From positions 1 to 36,585 of the IMG/VR virus record IMGVR_UViG_3300032274_000025: a stretch of DNA of 36,585 nucleotides, one strand, 5' to 3'. The notes beneath the pieces are model-generated. The model saw nothing but the letters and a program-made list of their open reading frames with translations. It did not search any database and was not told where the DNA came from. Source of the DNA: a virus. Lineage: Duplodnaviria; Caudoviricetes. The translations under genes and the position numbers were made by a program. Of the stretch, positions 17,060 to 27,325 are shown piece after piece (the first letter of the stretch is position 1; every line of letters begins with the position of its first letter).

Positions 17060-17446
17060 ATGTCCATCCAAGCACGCATTCAGGCGTCCATTGCTTTCCC
17101 CGTGGCCATCGCGGCCGGTACCGACGAGGTTTGGTATTGGACCAACCCGCACCCCGGCACGTGGAAGGTCGAGTCGATCTACTTCACCCCGGGCACCGCG
17201 CGCACCGCTGACCCGACGAACTACACGACCTACTCGGTGAAGAACGAGGCGACTGAGATCGCCACCGCCGACACCACCGCGGTCTCCCTGGTTCTGCTGA
17301 CTCCGATCGCCATGACCCTCAGCGGTACCGGGTCCTCGCTCGAGGTCGCCCAGGGCGACACGATGCAGTTCCTGAAGACCGACGCGGGCACCGGGCTTGC
17401 GCTCGACGGCTCGTTTGAGGTCTCGCTCGTTCAGGTCAAGGTCTGA
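17060..17446 (+). CDS. Putative capsid decoration protein
   Basis: Small Thr-rich beta protein right after the MCP. Confidence 0.55.
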   Translation: MSIQARIQASIAFPVAIAAGTDEVWYWTNPHPGTWKVESIYFTPGTARTADPTNYTTYSVKNEATEIATADTTAVSLVLLTPIAMTLSGTGSSLEVAQGDTMQFLKTDAGTGLALDGSFEVSLVQVKV

Positions 17447-17808
17447 TGGCTGTCCTGCGCAACAACGGGGCGCGGTACTCTGCGTCTGGTCGTGGCGCAG
17501 AACTCGTCGAGTGGCTGCCCGGTCAAGAGCGGGAGGTCACCGACGAGCAGTGCGCCTACCTGCTGGAGACCTTCCAGCAGTTCTCAGTCGTCGCCGTGGT
17601 GCAAGCCTACAAGCCTGCGCCCGTCGTCGACAAGGGGCCGGACGTCGCTGCCATCCTGTCGAACGCCCGTCAGGCTGTGCAGGACATCTCGCTGGGTAAG
17701 CATGACTCGGCGCTGGCTGCCCTGAAGGCAGCCGAAGGCGAACGGAGCAAGCCGCGACGTTCGATTCTGAAGGCGATCAAGGAGCGCGGCTCGTTCCTGG
17801 GGGTGTAG
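17446..17808 (+). CDS. Hypothetical head-region protein
   Basis: TGATG overlap; C-terminal E..KPRRSILKAI. Confidence 0.65.
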   Translation: MAVLRNNGARYSASGRGAELVEWLPGQEREVTDEQCAYLLETFQQFSVVAVVQAYKPAPVVDKGPDVAAILSNARQAVQDISLGKHDSALAALKAAEGERSKPRRSILKAIKERGSFLGV

Positions 17809-17809
17809 G

Positions 17810-18418
17810 TTGGCGCTCATCACAGCAGCGGAGGCGCGCGTCTATATCCCCGGGCTGACCAGTACCGGCGAGGACACGAACCTCGACACGCTGATCGGTC
17901 GTGCTGACTCGGTGATGGCTGCGTGGTGCGGCTTCCCTCCTGCCTCTGCTGGAGCGGATCCCACCCTGGAAGACGTCACCTATACGCACTACTTCGACGG
18001 TCCGATGACCGGCGACGGCCGCGCGTTGATGCTTCAGGTCGTGCCCGTGGCCTCTGTCACGACGGCGAAGACCGACACCGGCGGTGACTGGGCATACGCC
18101 ACGACCATCGGCAGCGGAGACCGCACGCTCGACGGTGTGCGTGGCTTCCTGTACGTGAACCCCGATGCCTCTGACGGCTGGGTGGTCGGGAGCCGCGCAA
18201 ACGAGGTCGTCTATGTGGCTGGGTACGCGACCATCCCGGGCGCCATCAAGCACGCATGCGGTGTGCTCGTTGCCCATTGGTGGCGGCTGCGAAAGGAGCG
18301 CGGTAAGTCCTCGGTGTCTGCCGGCGGCTCCAACGTGAACACCCGCGATGAGACGCTGCCCGATGAGGTGAAGCAGATCCTCTCCCCCTTCCGCCTGATG
18401 GATGGCTTCATTGGCTGA
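17810..18418 (+). CDS. Head-tail connector/adaptor (gp6-like)
   Basis: LITAAEAR, YVAGYATIPGAIKHAC, LPDEVKQILSPFR. Confidence 0.85.
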   Translation: MALITAAEARVYIPGLTSTGEDTNLDTLIGRADSVMAAWCGFPPASAGADPTLEDVTYTHYFDGPMTGDGRALMLQVVPVASVTTAKTDTGGDWAYATTIGSGDRTLDGVRGFLYVNPDASDGWVVGSRANEVVYVAGYATIPGAIKHACGVLVAHWWRLRKERGKSSVSAGGSNVNTRDETLPDEVKQILSPFRLMDGFIG

Positions 18419-18974
18419 GTCCTTCGAAGAGTGGAACAAGAAGCTCATCACGTTCGGCGCGCTGCTGAAGGTCGGGGTTCAGAACTCCCTGGAAGGGGCC
18501 GCCCTTGTCGCCGAGCGTGCGGGCAAGGTGAACGCCACCCGAAAGCTGAACGTCCGCAGCGGTCGCCTGCGGTCGAGCATCCGCGCGGAAGTCCGCCCCG
18601 GGTTCGTGCTCGCCCTGATGGCAGGCAGTCAGAAGGACGTCAAGTACGCCGCGCTTCAGGAGTGGGGCGGCACTGTCAAGCCGAAGAAGTCGCGACACCT
18701 CGCGATTCCGCTGCCCGCTGCCCGCACTGCTGCCGGCGTGTCTCGCTACCCGTCGCCCCGCGCTGTGCCCGGCTTGTTCTTCCTGAAAAGCAAGGCCGGA
18801 AACCTGCTACTGGTCCAGCGTGACGGGGACAAGATTCGCCCGATGTACGTGCTCAAGGACCGCGTGACGGTACCGGCTCGACCCTACCTGCGTCCCGCCC
18901 TCGAGACAGCGCGCAAGTCGTTGATTCCCGAGCTCCAAGACATGATGGTCCAGGCGGTGCTCCCCAATGGCTAG
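18402..18974 (+). CDS. Neck/virion morphogenesis protein (HK97 gp10-like)
   Basis: VRSGRLRSSI, YAALQEWGG, PARPYLRPAL. Confidence 0.82.
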   Translation: MASLAESFEEWNKKLITFGALLKVGVQNSLEGAALVAERAGKVNATRKLNVRSGRLRSSIRAEVRPGFVLALMAGSQKDVKYAALQEWGGTVKPKKSRHLAIPLPAARTAAGVSRYPSPRAVPGLFFLKSKAGNLLLVQRDGDKIRPMYVLKDRVTVPARPYLRPALETARKSLIPELQDMMVQAVLPNG

Positions 18975-19440
18975 CACCATGTCAACGCTCGCCGACCGCA
19001 TCCGCACGGTGCTTCGTGGCATCGATGCTACGGGTTCGTACACGTACAACCTCAGCATCGACGCCGACCAAGTGGACTACGGCGACAGCCAGGACCGAAC
19101 GCCGCCCGCCGTCCGCATCACGTCGCTCGGTCTGGACTCCGCTGAGGCGGTCACCCTGACGCGCTACTCGCGCACCGTGACGGTGAACCTGATTGGCTGG
19201 GTGCCGGTGTCAGCAGACAACCCAGGCGAGCGGATGAAGGCAGCCTCTGACCTCGCGAACGACATTCATCTAGCCATCGAAGCCGACCGCATCGACGGCG
19301 GTGCCGGCACGCTCGGTGTGCTCACCACGTCCGTCGTGGTCGAGTCCGACGTGCTCGACGGCAACAGCCTCATGCTTGACGGCTGCGGCGCAGTGGCCGC
19401 GCGGGTTACCATGTCGTATCGCTCGACGACGGGGGTCTGA
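18967..19440 (+). CDS. Putative tail terminator
   Basis: Size, position, DIHLAIEAD. Confidence 0.65.
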   Translation: MASTMSTLADRIRTVLRGIDATGSYTYNLSIDADQVDYGDSQDRTPPAVRITSLGLDSAEAVTLTRYSRTVTVNLIGWVPVSADNPGERMKAASDLANDIHLAIEADRIDGGAGTLGVLTTSVVVESDVLDGNSLMLDGCGAVAARVTMSYRSTTGV

Positions 19441-20222
19441 TGAGCTGGTATGACGACACATTCGAGAACCGCTGGCCAATCATGTCCGATGGCTCTGTGG
19501 ATACGGAGTGGCAGATCGCCATCCCGTCGAATTGGGATTGGTTCTGGGACAACGTACAGGATACGACGAACGGCTATGACATCGTGATCTGTCAGGGCGA
19601 CGGGGAGACCCTGCTCACCTTCGACTTGTCGGGGTTCAACCACTCGACGAAGACCTGCACCATTCGATGGAACGACACGGCGACCGGTAGCACGCACACG
19701 GTGTGGTGGATCTACTGGAACAAGGCCAGCCCGTCCGACTTGTCGGGGTCTCCGACCACAGCGACCCCGCAGACCGCGCTCATCAGCCTCGTTGACCCGC
19801 TATCGAATGCGGACACGTTGGACCTTGGGCCTGAACGACCGGGCTCCACTGCCCCCGCGAAAGAGATTCAGAAGGTACCGGGTGAGGCGAAGATGGTATG
19901 GGCACGACTGCCCCCGTCTCTCTCGATGGACCGGATGCACGGGAGTGCTGGCTCTCAGAAGCTGTACGAGGTCGGGGTGTGGAGCTTCTTCGTATTTCAG
20001 GCAGGCGCCGACGCCAGCCTGGACACCCCCAGCGGGAACAGGATCGTTGAGGACCGCGAAGGGAATACATGGGTCGGCGCGTGGCTGACTCTTATCGGTT
20101 GGACCGATGGCGACGACTACACCGGCCAGATTGCCGTTCTATTGGGTAGCGCGTCAAACGAGGTCGGGGTCACGATTCAAACCAATTTCATCATAAGATC
20201 GCGCGATGCGAGTGAGGCATAG
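19440..20222 (+). CDS. Tail-region protein with a DUF2341-like N-terminal domain
   Basis: SWYDD.F.NRWPI, NGYDIV...DGETLL, WIYWN pattern. Confidence 0.55.
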   Translation: MSWYDDTFENRWPIMSDGSVDTEWQIAIPSNWDWFWDNVQDTTNGYDIVICQGDGETLLTFDLSGFNHSTKTCTIRWNDTATGSTHTVWWIYWNKASPSDLSGSPTTATPQTALISLVDPLSNADTLDLGPERPGSTAPAKEIQKVPGEAKMVWARLPPSLSMDRMHGSAGSQKLYEVGVWSFFVFQAGADASLDTPSGNRIVEDREGNTWVGAWLTLIGWTDGDDYTGQIAVLLGSASNEVGVTIQTNFIIRSRDASEA

Positions 20223-20224
20223 AC

Positions 20225-21175
20225 ATGGCACAGCCACAAACATCCTTCGGCGGCTCCATTGGCCTTGCAGAAGAAGTCACCTACGGAACCGCGGTAGCCC
20301 GCACGAACTGGCTGGAGATCGTGTCTTGCACGCTCGACCGCGAGATCGACTACCAGCCTGAGCCCACGCTCGGGCGCATCGGCGATGCGGGTCGCGTACC
20401 TCGCCGGAAGTACGTGGCAAGCGACAACAGCGGCGGTGAGATCGAATGGGTCATGGCCTACGATGACTCGACCCTGATGATGATGAAGCACGCCTTCGGT
20501 GGTGTGTCCACCACGGGATCGGGACCGTACACGCACACCTGCACCCTCGCTGCCCTGCCGATCGGCCTGACCATCGAGAAGGCGATCAACTCGTCGAAGG
20601 GCGAGGTCTTCGAAGGCTGCAAGATCACAGACCTCACGGTCAGCATCGATGCGGGCGGGCTGATGATGGGCCGCGCGTCGATCGTCGGAGAGACCTCTGG
20701 CGGGCTGGTGTCTTCTGGGACCCCGACCTACACGAGCGCGCTCGAGGAGGTCAAGCACCACCAAGCCGGGCAGTTCTCTTTCAACAGCGTCAGCTACGAC
20801 ATCAGCAGCATGTCGGTCACTCTTGCGAACGGCGTCGATCGCCGGCAGGTGCTTGGTTCGTCCTTCACGAAGGAGCCGACGCCACAGGGCAAGCGCGAGG
20901 TCACCATGTCCGTGACCTATGAGTACATCGCCGACACCCCGCACACTGCGTTCCTCGCCGGTACGGAGTCCGATGCGGCGATCACCTTCACCGGCACAGG
21001 CAACAACAGCTTGGCCATCACGCTGCACAACGCGTACATCACCAGCGTCGCAACCCCTGTGCAGGGTCCGGGCATCGTCACGCAGACCATCGAACTGCGC
21101 GGGCAGTCCGACGGCTCTGACCTCGGTCTCTCGTTCGTCTTCATCAATGACAACGTGACGGCGACCAGCAACTAG
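20225..21175 (+). CDS. Major tail tube protein
   Basis: AEEVTYGT, GPYTHT, TIEK, FEGCKI; position before the chaperone and tape measure genes. Confidence 0.85.
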   Translation: MAQPQTSFGGSIGLAEEVTYGTAVARTNWLEIVSCTLDREIDYQPEPTLGRIGDAGRVPRRKYVASDNSGGEIEWVMAYDDSTLMMMKHAFGGVSTTGSGPYTHTCTLAALPIGLTIEKAINSSKGEVFEGCKITDLTVSIDAGGLMMGRASIVGETSGGLVSSGTPTYTSALEEVKHHQAGQFSFNSVSYDISSMSVTLANGVDRRQVLGSSFTKEPTPQGKREVTMSVTYEYIADTPHTAFLAGTESDAAITFTGTGNNSLAITLHNAYITSVATPVQGPGIVTQTIELRGQSDGSDLGLSFVFINDNVTATSN

Positions 21176-21200
21176 CCACCCCAGACAGGAGGGCACCGCC

Positions 21201-21686
21201 GTGTCCATCATCAAAGCAATTGCAGAAGCAGCACGCGAGGACGTCGAGATTGGCGCGCTCGTGTGGCGTATCCGTGCCGTTGAGCCGTACGACCTCCTTG
21301 AGCACGGCCAGCCGGGGCTGATGATCATGAAAGAGGTACTTGACCCGGGCGGCAAAGACAAGCCGGCGAAGGACTTCGACATGCTACGCATGAGCAAGGC
21401 GCAGCGCGAGAAGGGGCGCAAGGCACAGAAGGCATTCGACGCCTTGGTGTGCGCCGCAGTCACGCACGTGCGCGCATCGGATGAAGACGACTTCACTCCG
21501 ATCAAACTGGTACCGCGCGAGCCGATGGCGAACGAAGACGACGGCATCCTGTGGATTGGCACCCTGCCACCCGGGACGGCGCAGATCCTCATGGGTCGCG
21601 TCTTCAATCTCTCCGTTCCTGCGGAGGCCGCTGAAAGGCTGGCGACGTTTCGCGGAAGACCCAACGCGGATAGCGATGCTGCATAA
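21201..21686 (+). CDS. Tail assembly chaperone (gpG-like)
   Basis: Between tail tube and tape measure genes; AGGAGG RBS. Confidence 0.75.
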   Translation: MSIIKAIAEAAREDVEIGALVWRIRAVEPYDLLEHGQPGLMIMKEVLDPGGKDKPAKDFDMLRMSKAQREKGRKAQKAFDALVCAAVTHVRASDEDDFTPIKLVPREPMANEDDGILWIGTLPPGTAQILMGRVFNLSVPAEAAERLATFRGRPNADSDAA

Positions 21687-21849
21687 GGTGGCCCGCGCTT
21701 ACGGCAAGTGGCCGCACGAGGTGATGCAGTTGAGCGTCGAAGAGCAGAACATCGCCTTTCTCTGCGTGCTCACCCATGATGCGCACGTGGCATCCATCAT
21801 GAAGGACGGCGGGGCATTCCCTGTTGTCGACCTCGCCAGGATGGTCTGA
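21649..21849 (+). CDS. Frameshifted extension of the tail chaperone (gpGT-like), +1 frame
   Basis: Overlapping +1 frame (YGKWPHEV) ends 1 nt before the TMP ATG; in-frame TTT CGC at 21648. Confidence 0.65.
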   Translation, partial: FAEDPTRIAMLHKVARAYGKWPHEVMQLSVEEQNIAFLCVLTHDAHVASIMKDGGAFPVVDLARMV

Positions 21850-21850
21850 C

Positions 21851-23920
21851 ATGGCAAGCCGCGCAACAGCAGAGGTCATCCTCGTCATCAAGGATGAGGC
21901 ATCCAAGAAGCTCGTGCAGGCGTCAAAGAACGCCAGCCAAGCAACCAAGGGCTTCCAGGAAGCTGCGGCCACAGCGGGGCGCGTGGGTGCTCTTGCGTTC
22001 ACCGCTGCGGCTACCGCTGCGGTGTCGGCGAGCGCGTCGATCATCGCCCTGACGGCTGACGTTGCTGCTGTGCGCAATGAGATTTCGGACATGGGGGCAC
22101 GAACCGGCGTCACGAACCGGACCCTTGCAGGGCTGAAGTTGGCGGCTGAACGGTCGGGCGAGGACTTGTCATCTCTGAACGAGGTGTTGAACCCGCTGGT
22201 GGCAAAGCTGGGACAGGTACGGCAGGGCAGTGCTGGAGCAGAGGAGTCCTTTGCATCGTTTGGCATTCAGATCCGAGACGCGAACGGTGAGCTCTTGTCG
22301 AATGACGACGTGCTCAAGAACGTTGCTGCGGGCCTGCAAGGCATCAAGAACCCGTCAGAGCGGGCATCCGCCGCCGTCGCCATCCTTGGCGAGAGTGGCG
22401 GGAAGCTGAATCAGATCCTCGGCGATGCATCGCTCGAGACCTTCGTGGACCAAGCCGAACGCTTCGGCACCGACGTCGGTCCGGAGGCGTCAGCATCCGC
22501 CGCAGCGTGGCAGGCGTCGATGGCAGACCTGTCGCTCGTGCTGTCGGGTGCAGCGTCGGACCTCTCCGACTTCTTCAACATCACCGGGAAGCTCGATAAC
22601 TTCGTGCTGGGCTTCGTCTTCGTCAAGGAGGTAGCGACCGAGGCGTTTGCATCTATCGGCGGGCAGATCATCGCGCTCGGCAAGGCGATGGAGAAGGTGT
22701 TCGCCGGCGACCTCGTGGCCGCTGCCAAGATCGCAGACAAGGCCATGTTGGACTTCGGCGACACCGAAGACGAGGTCCTTGACCGCATCATGCGGAAGGC
22801 GGAGAACAGCACGAAGGCGTTCGCGCAGAACCGCAAGGCCCTGCGAGAAGGCGGCGGCACGGCTTCCACTGGTGGCGCTGGCGTCGGCGGCGCTGGTCGC
22901 AGGAACGTCAACGCCGCGAAGTCAGCGACCGACAAGGCGGAGGAGGCAGCACTCAAGGCAGCCGAGAAGGCAGCCGCTGACCAGCTGAAGCTTGCACAGG
23001 AGAACTACGCCACGTTCAACCAACTGGTGGAAGACGGGTTCAACGCCCAGCTTGCAGCGGCGAACGCGGCCGATGAGGCAGCCACCGCACAGGCAGCGGA
23101 GAACTTCGCGCTCTTCAACAAGCTGGTAGAGGAGGGGCTTGACAGGCAGTTCGAAGAGAGCGTCAAGGCGGCGGAGGAGGCGGCCAACGCGCCCACCCGC
23201 ATGCAGCAGTCAGCGGAGGGCATCACCAATGTGATCTCGGTGATGGAAGGCGGGCTCACCTCCATCCTCGCCGCCATGGGTCCGGCCGGCGCTATCGCTT
23301 CGTCCATCATCGGCCTGCTGTCGAACCTCGATGGCTTCGTTCAGGGCCTCATCGACAGCATCGACGACATGATTGTCGGCTTGGTCGAGTCGCTGCCCAC
23401 CGTCATCTTCGAACTCATCCCGCAGCTCGTGCAGATGATTGTGCTGGAGCTCCCGCTCGCCATCGCCGAGGCCATCGACACCGTGTTGAAGCGGCTGTTC
23501 AAGGTCTTCATGCCGAAGGAGTCCAAGAAGGCGGAGAACCTGGAAGCCCGACGCGCCAAGCAGAGCGCCAAGCTGGCGGACAAGTTCGGCACCACCGAGT
23601 CATTCCGTGACCGTGGCTTCTTCGTGCGGCTGCTCGGCAACATGTTCGCCAACGAGGAGCCCAACAGCGGCACCGAGGGCTTTGCGTCGGGTGGCTTCAT
23701 CTCATCGAGCGGCATGGCAAAGGTCCACCGTGGCGAGCGCATCGTGCCGCAGAACGGCGTCGTGCCCTCGTCGGGGATGGGCGGCATGGGCAGCAGCACC
23801 AACGTGAACCTGACTATTCATGTGACCGGGCTTCTCGATCCGGCGGGTGCGGACAGGTTGGTCGAGCAGTTGAACCGGTACATCGGACCGCGCGGGTTCG
23901 GCATTGCGAGCGTGAGCTGA
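21851..23920 (+). CDS. Tape measure protein
   Basis: 689 aa, Ala-rich helical; GIQIRDANG, FASGG...VHRGERIVP. Confidence 0.92.
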   Translation: MASRATAEVILVIKDEASKKLVQASKNASQATKGFQEAAATAGRVGALAFTAAATAAVSASASIIALTADVAAVRNEISDMGARTGVTNRTLAGLKLAAERSGEDLSSLNEVLNPLVAKLGQVRQGSAGAEESFASFGIQIRDANGELLSNDDVLKNVAAGLQGIKNPSERASAAVAILGESGGKLNQILGDASLETFVDQAERFGTDVGPEASASAAAWQASMADLSLVLSGAASDLSDFFNITGKLDNFVLGFVFVKEVATEAFASIGGQIIALGKAMEKVFAGDLVAAAKIADKAMLDFGDTEDEVLDRIMRKAENSTKAFAQNRKALREGGGTASTGGAGVGGAGRRNVNAAKSATDKAEEAALKAAEKAAADQLKLAQENYATFNQLVEDGFNAQLAAANAADEAATAQAAENFALFNKLVEEGLDRQFEESVKAAEEAANAPTRMQQSAEGITNVISVMEGGLTSILAAMGPAGAIASSIIGLLSNLDGFVQGLIDSIDDMIVGLVESLPTVIFELIPQLVQMIVLELPLAIAEAIDTVLKRLFKVFMPKESKKAENLEARRAKQSAKLADKFGTTESFRDRGFFVRLLGNMFANEEPNSGTEGFASGGFISSSGMAKVHRGERIVPQNGVVPSSGMGGMGSSTNVNLTIHVTGLLDPAGADRLVEQLNRYIGPRGFGIASVS

Positions 23921-24738
23921 TGGGCAACCCGACGATCTGGTACTACCCCGACACGAGCGGCACCGTGATTGAGATCGACCTCGCCGACGTGTCTGACCTC
24001 GAGGTCTCGACCGAGCAGTTCCGCACGACCGCGGAGGGGTTGAACGGCTCCATCCGGACAACGAACTACGGCGTGCGTCATCGGCTGCGGCTGGTACGCG
24101 CCCGATTCAACGGACAGAACACCGCGGGCGAGGACTTGGTGATTGCCTTGCGCACCCTTGAGAGCCACCTGAAGAGGGGCGGGCGGTTCGGGTTCGCGCT
24201 CGACAAGGACAAGGCATGGGCGGCGTTCTTGAAGACGCGGTACGCCAGCACAAAAACGGTGCTTCAGACGAACGGCAACAACTTCTTCAACACGTCGGCG
24301 ACCCTCGTATCAACTGACATTGTGGTGCTTCAGAGCGCCAACCCAGAGGGCACGGTCGAGTATGCCCGGGTGAGCAGCCTGAGCGGGGACAAGATCACCC
24401 TTGCAGCCGGGTTGCGAAACCCCTTCATGAACCCGCCGGCCGTCATCAGACACCGCGACTTCTACCCCGTGATGCAGTTGAACCCGGCGTCGGTCGATGG
24501 CTCGATCATCACGACCGATCAGCGGTACAACTACACGCTGGACATCGACGCCGTTGAGGACGTCGACAGCCTGTTCAAATACAGCGGCTTCGCTGGCCAA
24601 CTCACCGGCAGCAGCAGCACAAGCGGCTCGAGGTCGCTGTCCCTGGACACAGCAATCAAGCGAGCAAAGGAAGGGGTCGGGCTCGGTGTTGGTGGTGACG
24701 ATGGCGGACTGCCGAAGGGCACGAGGCTCAACCGCTGA
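23920..24738 (+). CDS. Distal tail-like protein
   Basis: Follows the TMP; TGATG overlap. Confidence 0.6.
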   Translation: MGNPTIWYYPDTSGTVIEIDLADVSDLEVSTEQFRTTAEGLNGSIRTTNYGVRHRLRLVRARFNGQNTAGEDLVIALRTLESHLKRGGRFGFALDKDKAWAAFLKTRYASTKTVLQTNGNNFFNTSATLVSTDIVVLQSANPEGTVEYARVSSLSGDKITLAAGLRNPFMNPPAVIRHRDFYPVMQLNPASVDGSIITTDQRYNYTLDIDAVEDVDSLFKYSGFAGQLTGSSSTSGSRSLSLDTAIKRAKEGVGLGVGGDDGGLPKGTRLNR

Positions 24739-26288
24739 TGGCATGGTCGCCCCGATTCGCTACGGACTTGAAGCACGGCACCATCGCGCCGAACTTCATC
24801 GTGCGCGGCATCAAGACCGCGGAAAGCCCCGGGCCTGGGTGGCAGGTCGGTGGCCCCGTGGCGGCGTTCGGTTCGGGCATCGTGCAAGGTGTCACCGTGT
24901 CCGGGTCGCGCGTCTCCACGAGCGACTGGAGCGCCACGACGGGCGGCATCAGCGTCCGGTTGATTGGGGACTTGTCGGGGCTGCTGCCTCGCATCCATCG
25001 CGGTCAGGTCGTCGAAGTGTTGGCCGGCTTCCCGGGGTACTCGGAAGCCGACTATCAGCAGATCGCACTGGGTCAGGTGTACGATCTGACGCGTCAGTCA
25101 GATGCGCGAGAGTACACGCTGACCCTCCGCGATATCTGGGCAGCCCTGTCGAGTAGGATCTCTACATCGGCGGATGAGTTGTCACTGTTCGCAGGGCTGT
25201 CCTCCACTGCCACCACCGTGAAAGTGAACTGGACCGGTGGCGGCACGATCGACATCACCCGCAGCACCGAGTTTCCAAAGGAGACCGGCGGGAACGGTGC
25301 ATTCAGCGTGGTAGACAACAGCGGGGCCACGTTCTATGTGACGTGGAGTTCATCGGTAGCCCTGACGCCGGGGCGGCGGTACACCATCGTCAGCGCAAAC
25401 GCACTGAACACGACTTCAGCGAACGCCGATGCTGGCAACGCCGTACAGGCGATTGGCTACATCGACGACGAGCCGCCCGATGTGGTGCGGAAGATCATCG
25501 CCAGCACCGGAGCGGGCACGAACGGCGCCTATGACACGCTGCCGGCTGACTGGGGCATGGGCCTGCCCGACCGCTTCATTGCGCACGACGACATCAAGCG
25601 AACGCTGAGGTACACGCGGACCGTGTCGGGCAGCAATGACTGGGAGGTGTGGAGCTCGACGTCCCAGGCCAACCCTGCCGCTTGGCTGTTCGGCATCCTG
25701 AAGCCAGCCGGCTACTTCCCCGCCATCGTTCAGGGCCAGATGACTGTGCGCGCTGCGGTCAACCCGGTCGAGACGTCCGCCTACTTGCTCGAGCCGACGC
25801 CGCGGAATGACGTGCCGCACCTCAACGATTCCATGCTGACGCGGCAGCCGCTGTCCTCGTGGTCAGCGTGGAGCCCGGACCATGGCGTCGAGTACTACCG
25901 GGTCACGGTGCAGACGACGGGCTCGACGGTCAGCAGCGAGGAGGTCGTGGGCGCGATGCCTGCGGAGGACACATACACCGTTGAGATTGGCGACTACATC
26001 CCGGCGAACAAAGGCAACTGGATGGACTCCACGCGCGACCGGTTGCGGGTGTGGCTGCAACGCGTGCCGGAACGCTTCTCTGTCAACCTCGTCGACATGG
26101 CGATGGCGGGGCATGCGATTGGTTCGGTGCCGTTCGTCACCAGCGCGGTGCTGCATGGCCGCATCGCGAAGACAAGCGACGGTCTGCACAGCGTGCCCGC
26201 GCTCGTTACTCAGATGGCGATTGAATGGCAACAGCGTACAATGACCCTGACGTTTGAGATCGTCTCTGATTCAGCGTCCGACTTCTAG
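24738..26288 (+). CDS. Tail tip/baseplate hub-like protein
   Basis: 516 aa; position; TGATG overlap. Confidence 0.6.
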   Translation: MAWSPRFATDLKHGTIAPNFIVRGIKTAESPGPGWQVGGPVAAFGSGIVQGVTVSGSRVSTSDWSATTGGISVRLIGDLSGLLPRIHRGQVVEVLAGFPGYSEADYQQIALGQVYDLTRQSDAREYTLTLRDIWAALSSRISTSADELSLFAGLSSTATTVKVNWTGGGTIDITRSTEFPKETGGNGAFSVVDNSGATFYVTWSSSVALTPGRRYTIVSANALNTTSANADAGNAVQAIGYIDDEPPDVVRKIIASTGAGTNGAYDTLPADWGMGLPDRFIAHDDIKRTLRYTRTVSGSNDWEVWSSTSQANPAAWLFGILKPAGYFPAIVQGQMTVRAAVNPVETSAYLLEPTPRNDVPHLNDSMLTRQPLSSWSAWSPDHGVEYYRVTVQTTGSTVSSEEVVGAMPAEDTYTVEIGDYIPANKGNWMDSTRDRLRVWLQRVPERFSVNLVDMAMAGHAIGSVPFVTSAVLHGRIAKTSDGLHSVPALVTQMAIEWQQRTMTLTFEIVSDSASDF

Positions 26289-26297
26289 GGGAACCCC

Positions 26298-26630
26298 ATG
26301 GCCCAGACCTTCAGCAACGCGAACGAGATCCTACGGTTCGCCAACGACTCAACGATCGGTGAACTCACAGAGGTCGCCTTTGCGGCGGATGCCCGCTCCT
26401 GCCTTGTCCAGTTCTTCGATTCCGGTGGCACGGTCGGAACAGCCGGGAAGGTTGCGCTCGTAGGCGTCGACGGCGCAGCCATCGGTGCGGACTACATCAC
26501 GGTTGGCGCTGACGCTACGTTGTCGCTTACGCTGTACGGGGATGACAGCACCGAGGCCATCCTCAAGATCTACGTGGCATCGAGTGTCGCCAGCGGCATC
26601 GTCGAGATCGTCAGCAGCGAGTTGCCGTAA
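26298..26630 (+). CDS. Putative minor tail protein
   Basis: Small beta-rich protein. Confidence 0.55.
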   Translation: MAQTFSNANEILRFANDSTIGELTEVAFAADARSCLVQFFDSGGTVGTAGKVALVGVDGAAIGADYITVGADATLSLTLYGDDSTEAILKIYVASSVASGIVEIVSSELP

Positions 26631-27325
26631 TGCCGCCCCGCATCAAGCAGCATCCGAAGACCCTCGCGCGTGAGATGCACTCGCTCGACCCTGACGCGTG
26701 GAACGCGGAACAGGTGACGGACTGGACGTTCTCTCTCACGGGTGGGAAGCTGCGCGCCACGTACGCCGGCAACCCGACGGCGGTCGATTGGAACTACAAC
26801 GGCGGCGTACAGGTGGAGACGGGCGCTATCCTGGTGGGCCGTGAGCTCACCCAGGGCATGGCTGTGTCGCTGAATGGAGTAAGCCACGCGCTAGCTGTTG
26901 CCATGGACCACGACCAGCCATCCGTCAACGGAATCGGGGTCGGGGTCGGCATCATCAACGCGTCAACGTTCGCCGCTGCAACCGAGTGGATGGCGGTGGT
27001 GAACGAGCGAGACGGAGCCACGACCCTGACCATCCGCGACGAGAGTGACGCCGCGGAGTTCTCGGTGGGGGCTGCCGTGGCTCAGGCCGACTACAACCGG
27101 GTGAGTTTCAGCGGTTCGATCATCGATGGGCTGTGGCAGATTGTGCGGCGTGGCAGTGATGACGATGTGATCGGCCAGAAAAACAACCGCTTCGCTGCAT
27201 TCGTCGATCTCGACGGTCAGAGATGGTGGCTTGCGTTGTTCTTTGTGTCCACTGCGGGAGCAGACGGGACCGTCGATGTCACCCGTGCCGCTAGCATCGG
27301 GCAGCGCGCGGGACTGTTCACCTGA
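26630..27325 (+). CDS. Putative tail/receptor-binding protein
   Basis: Beta-rich; TAATG overlap. Confidence 0.5.
   Translation: MPPRIKQHPKTLAREMHSLDPDAWNAEQVTDWTFSLTGGKLRATYAGNPTAVDWNYNGGVQVETGAILVGRELTQGMAVSLNGVSHALAVAMDHDQPSVNGIGVGVGIINASTFAAATEWMAVVNERDGATTLTIRDESDAAEFSVGAAVAQADYNRVSFSGSIIDGLWQIVRRGSDDDVIGQKNNRFAAFVDLDGQRWWLALFFVSTAGADGTVDVTRAASIGQRAGLFT

Noticed and set aside
20177-21664. 495-aa minus-strand ORF and similar long antisense ORFs (e.g. 16076-17152)
   Set aside because: They lie antisense to clear structural genes and carry no motifs; such ORFs are expected in high-GC DNA
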